64,000 nucleotides of DNA from an uncultured Haloferula sp. (GCA_965652295.1 CBFGTS010000010.1:97907-161906), one strand, 5' to 3'; positions 42,456-52,371 are shown, counted from the first letter of the stretch. Translations and numbers: made by a program. Notes: a model not told the origin generated them from the letters alone.

Positions 42456-43367
42456 TCAAGGCGGGCCGAAACGCACGTGAGCCCAGACAGGATAGTGATC
42501 CGAGGGCTGCTGCTCGCGCTCGTCCGCACGGAGGATGCCGGCATCGAGAAACTCGGCGCCTTTTGAGACGAGGATGTGGTCGACCTTCGCCCAACCATCG
42601 CGGCGGGCACTCCAGAAATGGAGGGTGCGGCGGTCCCGCACCTGCGGATGAAGCACGGTGTAGGGATCGGTGAGGGCGTTTTTCCACGGCGATTCGCCGC
42701 GGCCGGCGAGGTAGTCGACGGCGGGGTTGCCCTCGGTGGCGTTCATGTCGCCGAGGAGAACGACTTTCTCGCCGGGTCGCACGAGGGCATCGATCCGCTC
42801 GGCGATGAGTTGCGAGGCGCGGACGCGCGAGGGTTGGTCGCGATGATCCCAGTGGGTGTTGACGACCAACACGTCGCGTCCGGTGCCACGGTCGGTGAGA
42901 TGGATCCACGTGGCGATGCGGGTGATGCTGTTTCCCCAGGTTTTCGATCCGGGCTGCTCGGGAAAATCGGACAGCCAGAAGGTGCCGCGATCGCCGGGTT
43001 CGAAGCGCTCGTGCTGCCAGAAGATCGCGGCATACTCGCCGCTGCGCGCGCCGTCCTCGCGGCCGATGCCGTGGAAATCGTAATCCGGCAGCGAGGCCCG
43101 GAGGTCGGCGGCCTGGAGGTGCATGGCCTCCTGCACGCCGAGGATGTCGGGATGCAGCGTGCGGATGGCGGAAACGACGCGATCGATCCGCTCCGGCCAG
43201 GCCCGCCAGCCGGGATCGTCGCCCACTTCGCGGCGGATGTTGAAGCTGGCGAGCCGCAGGTCGAGCACGCCGTCCTCGCGGACGACGACCGCGCGTGGGG
43301 GCTCGGATTTTTCACAGGAAACTCCGGCCACGGCGGCGAAGAGAAGGATCGCGGCGGCGCGGCTCAT
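42456..43367 (-). CDS. Endonuclease/exonuclease/phosphatase-family lipoprotein
   Basis: Lipobox GVS-C; SFNIR, DILGVQEA, NTHWDH, LLGDMNA, VDHIL, SDHYPV. Confidence 0.92.
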   Translation of the reverse strand: MSRAAAILLFAAVAGVSCEKSEPPRAVVVREDGVLDLRLASFNIRREVGDDPGWRAWPERIDRVVSAIRTLHPDILGVQEAMHLQAADLRASLPDYDFHGIGREDGARSGEYAAIFWQHERFEPGDRGTFWLSDFPEQPGSKTWGNSITRIATWIHLTDRGTGRDVLVVNTHWDHRDQPSRVRASQLIAERIDALVRPGEKVVLLGDMNATEGNPAVDYLAGRGESPWKNALTDPYTVLHPQVRDRRTLHFWSARRDGWAKVDHILVSKGAEFLDAGILRADEREQQPSDHYPVWAHVRFGPP

Positions 43368-44428
43368 TCGGCGGGGATCATGTCGTAGTAAACATGAATG
43401 GCGATCCGCTCGGTCCTCCGAAGGGCCTCGCGCAGGGCGCGGACACGCTCGGCGCGCTTGGCGGAGGTGAGCGCGGCGACGACTTCCTCCCGTGCGTCTT
43501 CGAATTCGCGGAGGGTTTCGGGCCGCTTTTCCAGGACCTCGATGAAATGCCAGCCGAGCCGGGTGCGGACAATTTCGGGCTTGCCGGGCGACATGCGGAA
43601 GACGGGCGCGGCGAAATCCTCGGGCAAGCGCTCGCGCGTGACCCAGCCGAGGTCGCCACCCTTCGGCTTGCTGCGGGGATCATCGCTGATCTCCCCAGCG
43701 ACATCTTCGAAGGCTTTTGCGCCGGAGCGAATTTCGGCCACGACGGCATCGAGTCGTGCCTTCACCGCCTGGGGATCGACGCCGAGGGTGGCGAGGAAGA
43801 TGTGACGGACGTGGAGCCGCTCGGGGACGGCGAGTTTGGCGCGGTTCATCTCGAACCACTCGCGCGCTTCCCCCTCGGTGACCTCGATCTCCCCGCCCAG
43901 GCGCGACTCGATGTATTTCACCTGTTGAAGACGCGCGCCGAGGCGCAAACGGAGTTCCTTTTCGCTGTCGATGCCTTCGGCGGCGAGTTCGGTCTGCATT
44001 TCCTCGCGGGTGGAAAACCGGGCGGCAAGGCGGCGGATGGCGTCGTCGATTTCGGCCTCGCTGACCGGTAGCTCCTCCATGTTCGCCTGGACCTTGGTGC
44101 GGAGGATTTCGTGGTCGACGAGATCATTCAGCGCCCCGAGCCGGGCTTCGCGGCGCTGCTCCGGAGTCAGGGTGGCGGCGGATCGACCTTCGAGCCAGAG
44201 CCGTTCGAGCATCGCCCGCTCGACCTGTGAGCGGTAGATCGGCTTGCCGAAAACGCGGGCGACGACGCCCTGCTGTTTGGCGAGTTCGATCGACTCCGCA
44301 CTGCCGGGCTGGGCGCGGCGGATGCGCTCGCTGAGCGGGCCGTGGAACCAGAACAGGTCCGCTGCGAGGTAGAGCAGGACCGCGGAATAGGCGAAGACCC
44401 GGACGGTGAATTTCGGAGAGGGACGCAT
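43364..44428 (-). CDS. Parvulin (PpiC)-type peptidyl-prolyl isomerase, SurA/PrsA-like
   Basis: N-terminal TM helix; LHVRHIFL, FEDVAGEISDD..SKPKGGDLGW, TRLGWHFIEV; ATGA overlap with the next gene. Confidence 0.9.
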   Translation of the reverse strand: MRPSPKFTVRVFAYSAVLLYLAADLFWFHGPLSERIRRAQPGSAESIELAKQQGVVARVFGKPIYRSQVERAMLERLWLEGRSAATLTPEQRREARLGALNDLVDHEILRTKVQANMEELPVSEAEIDDAIRRLAARFSTREEMQTELAAEGIDSEKELRLRLGARLQQVKYIESRLGGEIEVTEGEAREWFEMNRAKLAVPERLHVRHIFLATLGVDPQAVKARLDAVVAEIRSGAKAFEDVAGEISDDPRSKPKGGDLGWVTRERLPEDFAAPVFRMSPGKPEIVRTRLGWHFIEVLEKRPETLREFEDAREEVVAALTSAKRAERVRALREALRRTERIAIHVYYDMIPAE

Positions 44429-44432
44429 GGCG

Positions 44433-45596
44433 TCAGCGGATTTCCACCGAAGCCCCCGGGCGGACGAAATCGGTCATGGCCACGGCGTCCCAGTTGGCGA
44501 GGCGGATGCAGCCGGCGGAACGGCTGCGGCCGATGGTCTCCGGATCAGAGGTGCCGTGCATGCCGATGCCGGGGACGCTGAGACCCATCCACACGACGCC
44601 GACGGGGCAATTCGGGCCGCCGGGGATGTTGAGGGCGTTGTTGCTGCGGCCCTTGCCATCGAGCAACGACTGGTCGTAACGCCACACCGGAAGCTGCACG
44701 GCGTTCTTCATCTCCCATTTGCCGTATTTGATGAACCGTTCCTGACCGGGCGTGATGGGAAACGCGGCGATGAGGGCGCGGTTCGGCTTGGTCTTGATGG
44801 TGCCATCCGGGTTTTCCTCGACGACCAACGCGGTGGGCTCCGACTCATAGACGCGGGCCTGGTTGACTTTGGTGTCCACCACCACGTGGCGTTGGGCGAG
44901 GAGTTCCTCGGTTTCATAGCGACCGCCGTTCAGATTCTCGATGAGGAAGGCGGTGACGTTCGGAACGATGAGCGACTTCCCCGGAGCAAGACCCCAGACG
45001 GTTTTGCCGGAGTTCAGTTCAACGAGAAACTCGACGTCGGTGTGGTAGCGTTCCGACATGAATTCGCCGTAACTGCGGTAGCTCATGCGCTTGAGCTTCG
45101 ACTGCTCCACGCGGCTGGTGGGCAGGTCGGGGTTGACCCATTTGGTGGCGACGGAGGGGACGGTGGCGACGGCAAAGGGATGAGTCACCGACCTCCGGGC
45201 GGCGGCCATGACGGCGGTGAGGTCGTTCATCGGGTGGCCGTTGGCCTCGTTCCAGGCGTTGACGGCGAGGATGGTGAAGCGGCCGGGTTTGCCATCGATG
45301 ACGCCGGGGCCGAAGCGGGCCTCATCGAGGAAAATCTGGAGGCGCACGGCGTCCTCGCCGGTCGGCAGGTCGGTGATGTCCCGGGGGGTATCGGAGTGCG
45401 GGCTGCGCTTCAGCTCCGGCAGTTCGACCTCGCCGGCTGGGAGGGGTTCCGCCTCGGGCGCGGGTGGCGCGGGCTCGATCACGGCTCCGAGATCGGGCGT
45501 GATTTCCGAGGGATCAACCGGCAGGGCCTTGGGCACTTCCTGGGCGGAAAGAAGGAGCGGGAAAAGGGATGCGATGGCGGGGCCGAGACGGATCAT
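44433..45596 (-). CDS. L,D-transpeptidase (YkuD family)
   Basis: Signal peptide, Pro-rich linker, LQIFLD..FGPGVIDG (PG-binding-like), IGMHGT..IGRSRSAGCIRL catalytic motif. Confidence 0.92.
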   Translation of the reverse strand: MIRLGPAIASLFPLLLSAQEVPKALPVDPSEITPDLGAVIEPAPPAPEAEPLPAGEVELPELKRSPHSDTPRDITDLPTGEDAVRLQIFLDEARFGPGVIDGKPGRFTILAVNAWNEANGHPMNDLTAVMAAARRSVTHPFAVATVPSVATKWVNPDLPTSRVEQSKLKRMSYRSYGEFMSERYHTDVEFLVELNSGKTVWGLAPGKSLIVPNVTAFLIENLNGGRYETEELLAQRHVVVDTKVNQARVYESEPTALVVEENPDGTIKTKPNRALIAAFPITPGQERFIKYGKWEMKNAVQLPVWRYDQSLLDGKGRSNNALNIPGGPNCPVGVVWMGLSVPGIGMHGTSDPETIGRSRSAGCIRLANWDAVAMTDFVRPGASVEIR

Positions 45597-45680
45597 AGAG
45601 GAACGGAATTTCCGGGAACGGCGGGAAGCTGACACGGAATCCGGAACCTGTCAGTCGGGAAAGCCGGATCCAGGTCCGCA

Positions 45681-47111
45681 TCAATCGTCGAGAAACTTCC
45701 CGGGATTGAGCGTGCCGGCGGGGTCGAGCGCATCTTTCAAAGCACGATGGATCTCAAGGCCGGTGGTGCCGAGCGCCTGGTGGATCCAAGGCTTTTTCGC
45801 GAGGCCGACGCCGTGCTCGCCGGTGATCGCGCCGCCGTGATCGAGCACCCAGGTGAAAAGCCGGTCGAGCGCGGCGTCGGCCTTTTTTCGGGTGGCGGGG
45901 TCGGCGTAGTCGGCGACCATCAGGTTGGTGTGGATGTTGCCATCGCCGGCGTGGCCGAAGCAGGCGACGGAAATGCCGGTTTCCTTTTCCAGCTCGCGGG
46001 CAAATTCGACCAGCTCGACGAGCTTCGAGCGGGGCACGACGATGTCTTCGTTGAGCTTGGTCAGCCCGGTGTCGCGCAGCGAGTAGGAGAACTCGCGGCG
46101 GAGCTGCCAGATCGCTTCGCAGGCCTCTTCCGTATCGGCGCGATCGATCCGGGTCGCACCCAGTTTTTCGAGTAGGGTTCCCAGTTCCTCGATCTCCGAA
46201 GCGACGGCGCGCGGTCGGCCATCGACCTCGACGATGAGGTGGGCGTTTCCAGCCGGCAGGCGATCGGCACCGAGGCGGTTGCGGGCGGCGGCGAGCGTGA
46301 AGCCGTCGGTGATTTCCAGAGCGGAGGGCAGGTGGCCGGAGTTGAGGATGCCCTGGACCGCTGTGGCGGCGGCGGCGAACTCGGGGAAAACCGCGGCGAG
46401 CATCGCGCGCGCGGGCGGACGCGGGATCAGGCGGACGGTGGCGGTGGTGACGATGCCGAGCATGCCTTCCGATCCGGTGAAAAGCCCGACGAGATCGAAG
46501 CCGGTCTTGTTCTTGTGGACGCGCCCGCCGCATTTGAGAACCTGGCCGTCGGCGAGCACGACCTCGAGGCCGAGGATGTAATTACGGGTGACGCCGTACT
46601 TCAGACAGCGCGGTCCGCCGGCGTTGGTGGCGATGTTGCCGCCGATCGAGCACTCTTTCAGCGAAGCTGGATCCGGCGGGTAGTCCCAGCCGACTTCCCT
46701 CGCCGCCTGTTGGAGGTCGCCGGTGATCACGCCGGCCTGCACCACCGCGACGCCGTCGGTGGGGTTCACCTCCACGATGCGGTTCATGCGCGCCAGCGAA
46801 AGGGCGATGCCGCCCTTCAAAGGTACGCAGCCGCCGACGTAGCCGACACCCGCGCCCCGGGTGGTCACGGGGATGCCGGCTTCATGGGCGAACTTCATCA
46901 CCGCGACGACATCGTCCGTGCTTTCCGCGAAAACGACGACATCGGGCGGGTGGGCGGCATACCACTTGTCGGTCGAGTGGACCTCGATGTCCGCGGCCTG
47001 GCGCGAGACCTTGTCCGGGCCGAGTCGCTGCTCCAGCTCCTCGGCTAGATCGGCAGGGGTGGCCGGCTCCAGGTCGTCGTCGAGATTCTCGAAAACCTCA
47101 CCCTCGTCCAT
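45681..47111 (-). CDS. FAD-linked oxidase, GlcD/D-lactate dehydrogenase family
   Basis: PDVVVFA, RGAGVGYVGG, YPPDPAS, SIGGNIATNAGG, KYGVT, GSEGMLG, FGHAGDGNIH, ITGEHGVG, LDP..LNPGK. Confidence 0.92.
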   Translation of the reverse strand: MDEGEVFENLDDDLEPATPADLAEELEQRLGPDKVSRQAADIEVHSTDKWYAAHPPDVVVFAESTDDVVAVMKFAHEAGIPVTTRGAGVGYVGGCVPLKGGIALSLARMNRIVEVNPTDGVAVVQAGVITGDLQQAAREVGWDYPPDPASLKECSIGGNIATNAGGPRCLKYGVTRNYILGLEVVLADGQVLKCGGRVHKNKTGFDLVGLFTGSEGMLGIVTTATVRLIPRPPARAMLAAVFPEFAAAATAVQGILNSGHLPSALEITDGFTLAAARNRLGADRLPAGNAHLIVEVDGRPRAVASEIEELGTLLEKLGATRIDRADTEEACEAIWQLRREFSYSLRDTGLTKLNEDIVVPRSKLVELVEFARELEKETGISVACFGHAGDGNIHTNLMVADYADPATRKKADAALDRLFTWVLDHGGAITGEHGVGLAKKPWIHQALGTTGLEIHRALKDALDPAGTLNPGKFLDD

Positions 47112-47279
47112 ATCCGGCTGGTGTGCGGGACGTTGGGCATCTCCGGCGACGGTCGAGCGGATCCAGGAATTGCGTTTGGGCGGCAGTTTCACGGGAGCCG
47201 CACCGTCCACCCGCAGCGTCCGGCGGTCAATGGAGGAGTGGTGCTTGCGACGGGCGGGGTGAGCGTCGAGCGTGCCGTC

Positions 47280-48146
47280 ATGCCTCGGGATATCGCGCGG
47301 GAGGTGGCCGCCCACTACGACGATCTGGATCCGTTTTACCGCCGGATCTGGGGCGAGCAGGTCCACCACGGCCTGTGGTTGCGAGGGGATGAATCGCCGG
47401 AGGAAGCCGCGCTCGGCATGACGCGCCTGGTCGGCACGCGGCTGCGGCTGGAGCCCGGGATGCGGGTGTGCGATGTGGGCTGCGGATACGGCCGGACGGC
47501 GGCGGAAATGGCGGAGATGTTCGGTGTGTCGGCGCAGGGGCTCACGCTTTCGGCCCGGCAGGCGGAGGTGGCGGCGAGGCGGGGCGACCCGCGGGTGGAG
47601 ATCCGCTGCGGCGACTGGTTGGAGAATGATTTGGCGGATGCTTCGTTCGACGCCGCGCTGGCGGTCGAGAGCACCGAGCACATGCCGGATCCTGCGAAGG
47701 CCATCGCCGAAATGGCGCGGGTGGTGAAGCCGGACGGCCGGGTGGTCTTGTGCTGCTGGCTGCGTGTTGCCGACGCGCGGCGATGGGAGAACCTGCACTT
47801 GCTCGATCCGATCTGCAGGGAGGGCCGGCTGGCAGGCATGGGCACGGAAAACGACTACCGCCGCTGGCTCACCGAAGCCGGGCTGGAACTCGAGCGGGTC
47901 GAGGATTTCAGCCGGGAAGTCGAGCGCACCTGGCCGGTGTGCCTCCGCCGCAGCGTGGGGGCCTTTTTCCGCGACCCGAACATGCGGCGCTTTCTCCTCG
48001 ATCGCCACGAACAGAACCGCGTGTTCGCCATCACGCTGCTGCGGATCTGGATCGCCTATGTCGTCGGTGCGATGAGGTATCTGGTTTTCACCGCGCGTCG
48101 TCCCGGGACGGAAAACGGGATTGCCGGGGTGGAAGGGGGTCCTTAG
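47280..48146 (+). CDS. Class I SAM-dependent methyltransferase (tocopherol/sterol MT-like)
   Basis: HYDDLD..WGEQVHHGLW, VCDVGCGYG, LTLSARQA, FDAALAVESTEHMPD. Alternative GTG start at 47259. Confidence 0.88.
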   Translation: MPRDIAREVAAHYDDLDPFYRRIWGEQVHHGLWLRGDESPEEAALGMTRLVGTRLRLEPGMRVCDVGCGYGRTAAEMAEMFGVSAQGLTLSARQAEVAARRGDPRVEIRCGDWLENDLADASFDAALAVESTEHMPDPAKAIAEMARVVKPDGRVVLCCWLRVADARRWENLHLLDPICREGRLAGMGTENDYRRWLTEAGLELERVEDFSREVERTWPVCLRRSVGAFFRDPNMRRFLLDRHEQNRVFAITLLRIWIAYVVGAMRYLVFTARRPGTENGIAGVEGGP

Positions 48147-48154
48147 TCGTGGGA

Positions 48155-50722
48155 ATGCGATTGAGGCTGGTGTGGATGGGTTCTCTGCTGTGCCTGCTGG
48201 CACCTGCTCACGGCAGCGAAGAGGTGGTCAAGGGACCGCCGCCCGGATGGGTGGTCGATGTGGAGGCCGTGGAGGCGGAGGAAGTCGATGGTTCCTTCCA
48301 CTACCGCCTGGTGGATGTGCAGGAGCACGCGGAAACGAAAGAGGTTTATGAGCGGTTCGTTGTCGAGTTGACGAACGAGGCGGGAGTCGAGGAGTTCTCG
48401 CAGCTCGATTTCGAATTCCAGCCGGAGTATGAAACCCTGACGCTGCACGAACTCACGATCGAGCGTGGCGGCGAAATCCAGGATCGTTTGCCGGAGTTGT
48501 CCGTCGAGATCCTGCGGCGTGAGGAAGGGCTGGAGCAGAGCCTTTACAACGGTGCTCTGACGGCGCTGGTCGTGCTGGAAGACATCCGCCCCGGCGATGT
48601 CTTGTCCTATGCCTACACGACGAGCGGGGCGAACCCAGTGTTCGCCGGGCGTCTGCACCAGTTCCGTCGCTTGGGTTTCTCCGTGCCGATCGGCGCTCTT
48701 CACCGGCGGCTGCTGTGGGACCCCGAGGTCCGGACGGTGGCGTGGAAAATCCATCTCGGAGATGAAGACCGAGTTCAACAGCGGCGGGTTGGAGAACTCG
48801 ACGAGCTTTTGTGGAGCCGCCAAAACGTCCCGCGGATGAATCCGGAAGCGAACACGCCCGTCTGGGTGTTCGATGATCCATGGCTGGAGTATTCCGACTT
48901 CACCGATTGGGAGGATTTCGGGAAATGGGTGCTGCCCCTTTACTCCAACCCGGAGCCGCTGCCTGCGGAGCTGGCGTCCGTGTGCGAGGGCATCCGTGCC
49001 CTGCCGGGCAGCGACGAGGAAAAGATCGTCGCCGCCTTGCGCTGGGTGCAGCGGAACATCCGCTACCTTGGCAGCTTTTTCGGTGAACATACCCACGCGC
49101 CTTACCCCTTGGAGGAGATCTGCCGCCGGAGGTTCGGCGACTGCAAAGACAAGGGAACGCTGATGGTGGCCATGCTCCGCGAGCTGGGCTACGACGCGGC
49201 ACCCGCTCTGGTGAATACCGGGGCACGGCGTGCGGTGGGCGACTACCTGCCGGGCCGGCGGTGCTTCGATCATTTCGTGGTCCACCTCAGGTTCGAAGGA
49301 GAGGATTTCCTGCTCGATCCCACCGCCACGTATCGTCGTGGGCGCCTTGAGGATCTCTACACGCCGGACTATGGGCTGATGTATATTGTCCGTCCCGAAA
49401 GCCGCGGGCTGACTCCCGTGCCAACGCGCGGATGGGACCAGGGAACCACCGAGATCAGCGAGACCTACACCATCGCCGAAAGGTTTGGGCCGGCCGAGTT
49501 GAAGGTGGAGACGACCGCCACGGGAGCGGACGCGGATTACCTGCGCTACTACTTTGCGGAGAATTCGCGGGAAGAAGTGACGGACGAGTACACCGACTTC
49601 TATGGGAATGATTTTCCGGGCATCGAGAGCCTTGCCGCTGTGGAATTCTCCGACGACGAAGAGGCCAACCGGGTCGAAATCGTCGAGCGGTATCGAATCC
49701 CCGGGTTTTGGACGAGATCGGAGAAAGAGCGTCGCTGGGACGCCTGGGTGGTGGCGTCGTTTCTCCGCGGCAAAGTCCCGCTGCCCGCGGAGAAGGTTCG
49801 GGAACGGCCGTATGCCCACTCCCATCCAAACCGGGTGCGGCAGCGGATCGAGGTCAAGCTGACGGAGGCATGGGACGTCGAAGTCAAAGAGGTCAAGATC
49901 GACGATCCGGCGTTCCGCTACCGCTCGGCGGTGACGTTGAAGCCCAAGGGTTTCGTGATGGACTTCAGCTATCAGTCCCTTGCCAGTGCGGTGGAGCCGC
50001 AAGCCTTCGGAGCCTATCGCGAGGCGGTCGATCGCCTGAGGGAGGATCTCTCGATGCGGCTTTGGTATATCGAGCCGGCCGCTCCTGCGGCATCAGAACC
50101 GGTCGCGGATCCGGAGGAAGCGGTCGGCCGATCGATGGGGCTGGTGTTGGTTGGAGGCGGAGCGGCTGCGGGCATGCTGGTTGGGCTCCTCGCCGGCGTC
50201 ATCCTGTGGTTCTGGGATCCGGCACCGCGGGCTCCGGGCACGCGGGGTTATCAAGGTCTCGGTGGCTGGATGGTGCTGCCGGTCATCGGATGCGTCTTGC
50301 TGCCTTTGGTCAGCCTCGTCCAAATCGGAGCCCTCTTTGGGAATCTGGATGACATGGCCGTGGTTTTGGCCGTGGAAGAAGGTTTCATCGGCTGGAGATC
50401 CTACTACGTCCTTTCCGCATTCGGGAACGGGCTGTTCACCTTGCTGGGAGTGCTTCAGGCGGTGCTGCTTTTTCGGAAGCGGACGTCGTTTCCGTGGATC
50501 TTCATCGGTCTCTCCGCCGCCTCGGTGACCGCCAATCTGATGCTCCTCGGCATGGAGGGCTCACTTATGGACTTCGATCCGGAGACGGGTAGTGAAAAGG
50601 ATGTGGCGCGGGGGGTGGGCAGGCTGCTGGTCTGGGGCTCCTACATGGTGATGTCCGAGCGGGTGAAGGCGACCTTCATTCGCCGGAGGAAGCCCATGCC
50701 GCCGCCCTTGCCGGGCGGTTGA
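48155..50722 (+). CDS. DUF3857 + transglutaminase-like domain + C-terminal DUF2569-like membrane domain
   Basis: Signal peptide; LEDIRPGDVLSYAYT; VQRNIRY, RRFGDCKDK (Cys), FDHFVV (His), LLDPT (Asp); TM helices after GLGGWMVLP. Confidence 0.85.
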   Translation: MRLRLVWMGSLLCLLAPAHGSEEVVKGPPPGWVVDVEAVEAEEVDGSFHYRLVDVQEHAETKEVYERFVVELTNEAGVEEFSQLDFEFQPEYETLTLHELTIERGGEIQDRLPELSVEILRREEGLEQSLYNGALTALVVLEDIRPGDVLSYAYTTSGANPVFAGRLHQFRRLGFSVPIGALHRRLLWDPEVRTVAWKIHLGDEDRVQQRRVGELDELLWSRQNVPRMNPEANTPVWVFDDPWLEYSDFTDWEDFGKWVLPLYSNPEPLPAELASVCEGIRALPGSDEEKIVAALRWVQRNIRYLGSFFGEHTHAPYPLEEICRRRFGDCKDKGTLMVAMLRELGYDAAPALVNTGARRAVGDYLPGRRCFDHFVVHLRFEGEDFLLDPTATYRRGRLEDLYTPDYGLMYIVRPESRGLTPVPTRGWDQGTTEISETYTIAERFGPAELKVETTATGADADYLRYYFAENSREEVTDEYTDFYGNDFPGIESLAAVEFSDDEEANRVEIVERYRIPGFWTRSEKERRWDAWVVASFLRGKVPLPAEKVRERPYAHSHPNRVRQRIEVKLTEAWDVEVKEVKIDDPAFRYRSAVTLKPKGFVMDFSYQSLASAVEPQAFGAYREAVDRLREDLSMRLWYIEPAAPAASEPVADPEEAVGRSMGLVLVGGGAAAGMLVGLLAGVILWFWDPAPRAPGTRGYQGLGGWMVLPVIGCVLLPLVSLVQIGALFGNLDDMAVVLAVEEGFIGWRSYYVLSAFGNGLFTLLGVLQAVLLFRKRTSFPWIFIGLSAASVTANLMLLGMEGSLMDFDPETGSEKDVARGVGRLLVWGSYMVMSERVKATFIRRRKPMPPPLPGG

Positions 50723-50796
50723 ACCGGCAGGGTAGATCTTGACCCTCGGCGGCGCATGGCCTACCCGCGCCGCGGCTTCAACCAGCCGTTCGTATC

Positions 50797-51432
50797 ATGC
50801 CCGTACTTGTAGGAAAAAAAGCGCCGGTTTTCCGCGCCAAGGCCGTCCAGCGCGAGACCATCATCGAGGACTTCTCGCTCGAGCAGTTCATCGGCAAGAA
50901 GTATGTCGTGTTCTTCTTTTACCCGAAGGATTTCACTTTCGTCTGCCCGACCGAACTTCACCGTTTCCAGGAGGAACTCGCCGAGTTCGAAAAGCGCGAT
51001 GTGGCCGTGATCGGCTGCTCGACCGACTCCGAGTTCTCGCACTGGGCTTGGCTGAACACGCCCCGTGAAAAGGGCGGCATCGAGGGCGTGAGCTACCCGC
51101 TCGTGGCCGATATCAACAAGACCATTTCCGAAGCCTACGATGTGCTCGCCGGTGAGCCGACGATCGATGACGAGGGCAACTACACCGTCGAGGGTGAGCT
51201 GGTCGCCTATCGCGGGCTGTTCCTCATCGATAAAGGCGGGGTCGTCCGCCACCAGATCGTCAACGACATGCCGCTGGGTCGCTCGATCCGCGAGTGCCTG
51301 CGCGTCGTCGATGCGCTCCAGCACTTCGAGGAGTTCGGCGAGGTCTGCCCGATGGATTGGCAAAAGGGCGACAAGGGAATGACGGCCGATCACAAAGGCG
51401 TGTCCGACTACCTCGGCGGCCAGGCGGGCTGA
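50797..51432 (+). CDS. ahpC: 2-Cys peroxiredoxin (AhpC/TSA)
   Basis: FFYPKDFTFVCPTE, DSEFSH.AW, RGLFLID, GEVCP. Confidence 0.96.
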   Translation: MPVLVGKKAPVFRAKAVQRETIIEDFSLEQFIGKKYVVFFFYPKDFTFVCPTELHRFQEELAEFEKRDVAVIGCSTDSEFSHWAWLNTPREKGGIEGVSYPLVADINKTISEAYDVLAGEPTIDDEGNYTVEGELVAYRGLFLIDKGGVVRHQIVNDMPLGRSIRECLRVVDALQHFEEFGEVCPMDWQKGDKGMTADHKGVSDYLGGQAG

Positions 51433-51451
51433 GTCGTTTTCGTTTTTCCGC

Positions 51452-51487
51452 AAAAGCCGGACGTGCCGAGGCGCGTCCGGCTTTTTT
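51452..51487. terminator. Bidirectional intrinsic terminator
   Basis: AAAAGCCGGACG-tgccgaggcg-CGTCCGGCTTTTTT between convergent ahpC and the NTase gene. Confidence 0.85.
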
Positions 51488-51491
51488 GCGC

Positions 51492-52052
51492 TCAGAGCGG
51501 CGGCAGGCTGTCGAGCAGGTTGGTCCAGCGGATGGTGGTTCCGTGCTCGGCGCACCAGCGTTCGATGTACGGGACGTCGAGGGTTTCCGGCCCTTGGACG
51601 GCCACGACGTCGCGCGCGTCTTCGAGATCCTTCGGCCGGCCCCAGCGGAGTTTCTGCACCACCACGTCTTCCGCGGTCGGGAGCCAGATGGTGCGCTGAA
51701 GCTGGTTGGATCGGAGTTGAACCCGGCGCCCGAAAGACTCCATGACGAATGGGTCGTCAAAGAGTTCGAAAAGTTCGATCACAAAGCCCGGCTCCAACAA
51801 TGACTGCCCGATGTGCCTTCTGCCCCATGTGGGGGTATCGAACTGGACTTGGGGCGAAAACCGCACCGCCCTCACAAGGTGATTCACGATTTCGGGGATG
51901 GAGCCGCGCCTCACATCGACCACGACATCGAAGTCTTTGGTCGAACGAGGAATGCCGTAGTAATTGAAGGCGAAGGCGCCGGTTACCATGTGATCCGCCC
52001 CAGTTTCTTCGCACGCTTCGAGGACGGCCGCTGCAGTCGGGCTTACGTTCAT
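51492..52052 (-). CDS. Minimal nucleotidyltransferase (AbiEii/DUF1814/DUF6036-like)
   Basis: VTGAFAFNYYGIPRSTKDFDVVV (G..A...YG.PR.T.D.D), EDVVVQKL, RPKDLEDA. Confidence 0.8.
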   Translation of the reverse strand: MNVSPTAAAVLEACEETGADHMVTGAFAFNYYGIPRSTKDFDVVVDVRRGSIPEIVNHLVRAVRFSPQVQFDTPTWGRRHIGQSLLEPGFVIELFELFDDPFVMESFGRRVQLRSNQLQRTIWLPTAEDVVVQKLRWGRPKDLEDARDVVAVQGPETLDVPYIERWCAEHGTTIRWTNLLDSLPPL

Positions 52053-52318
52053 CTGGCAACGGTGTAGCGACCATGTTCATCGGCTTTCCGCAAGCGGGCG
52101 AGCCGTTCGATCAGCTTCGTTCGACCTTCTTTTTCGCAGGAAGTCCCTGCTTGCCAAAGAGCACCTTCGAGCATGCGTTGAAAGGAAGCATTCGTCAGAT
52201 CAAAGCCCGCTTCGAACCTCTCCTCCGGCGTCATCGCGCGGGCGCGAAGGACCTTCTCCCGGTAAATCGAGTCCTGGAGATCCTGAAGCGCGGTGGGATG
52301 CTCGTGGGGATTGCCCAT
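52049..52318 (-). CDS. Small helical protein, putative partner/antitoxin of the NTase
   Basis: 89 aa, REKVLRARAMTPEERFEAGFDL; ATGA overlap with the NTase start. Confidence 0.7.
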   Translation of the reverse strand: MGNPHEHPTALQDLQDSIYREKVLRARAMTPEERFEAGFDLTNASFQRMLEGALWQAGTSCEKEGRTKLIERLARLRKADEHGRYTVAR

Positions 52319-52371
52319 CGCGGGAAAGATGCCCGAGCACGGGGCTTGGCGCAATCACGGCGTCGCGGCTT

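Noticed and set aside
45681-48203. 840-aa FAD oxidase with a long N-terminal extension
   Set aside because: The first ~360 codons are antisense to the methyltransferase; the real start is near 47111.
50723-50796. PerR/Irr box upstream of ahpC
   Set aside because: The region is GC-rich with no copy of the AGAAT-n-ATTCT palindrome, so ahpC cannot be tied to the suf regulator from sequence.
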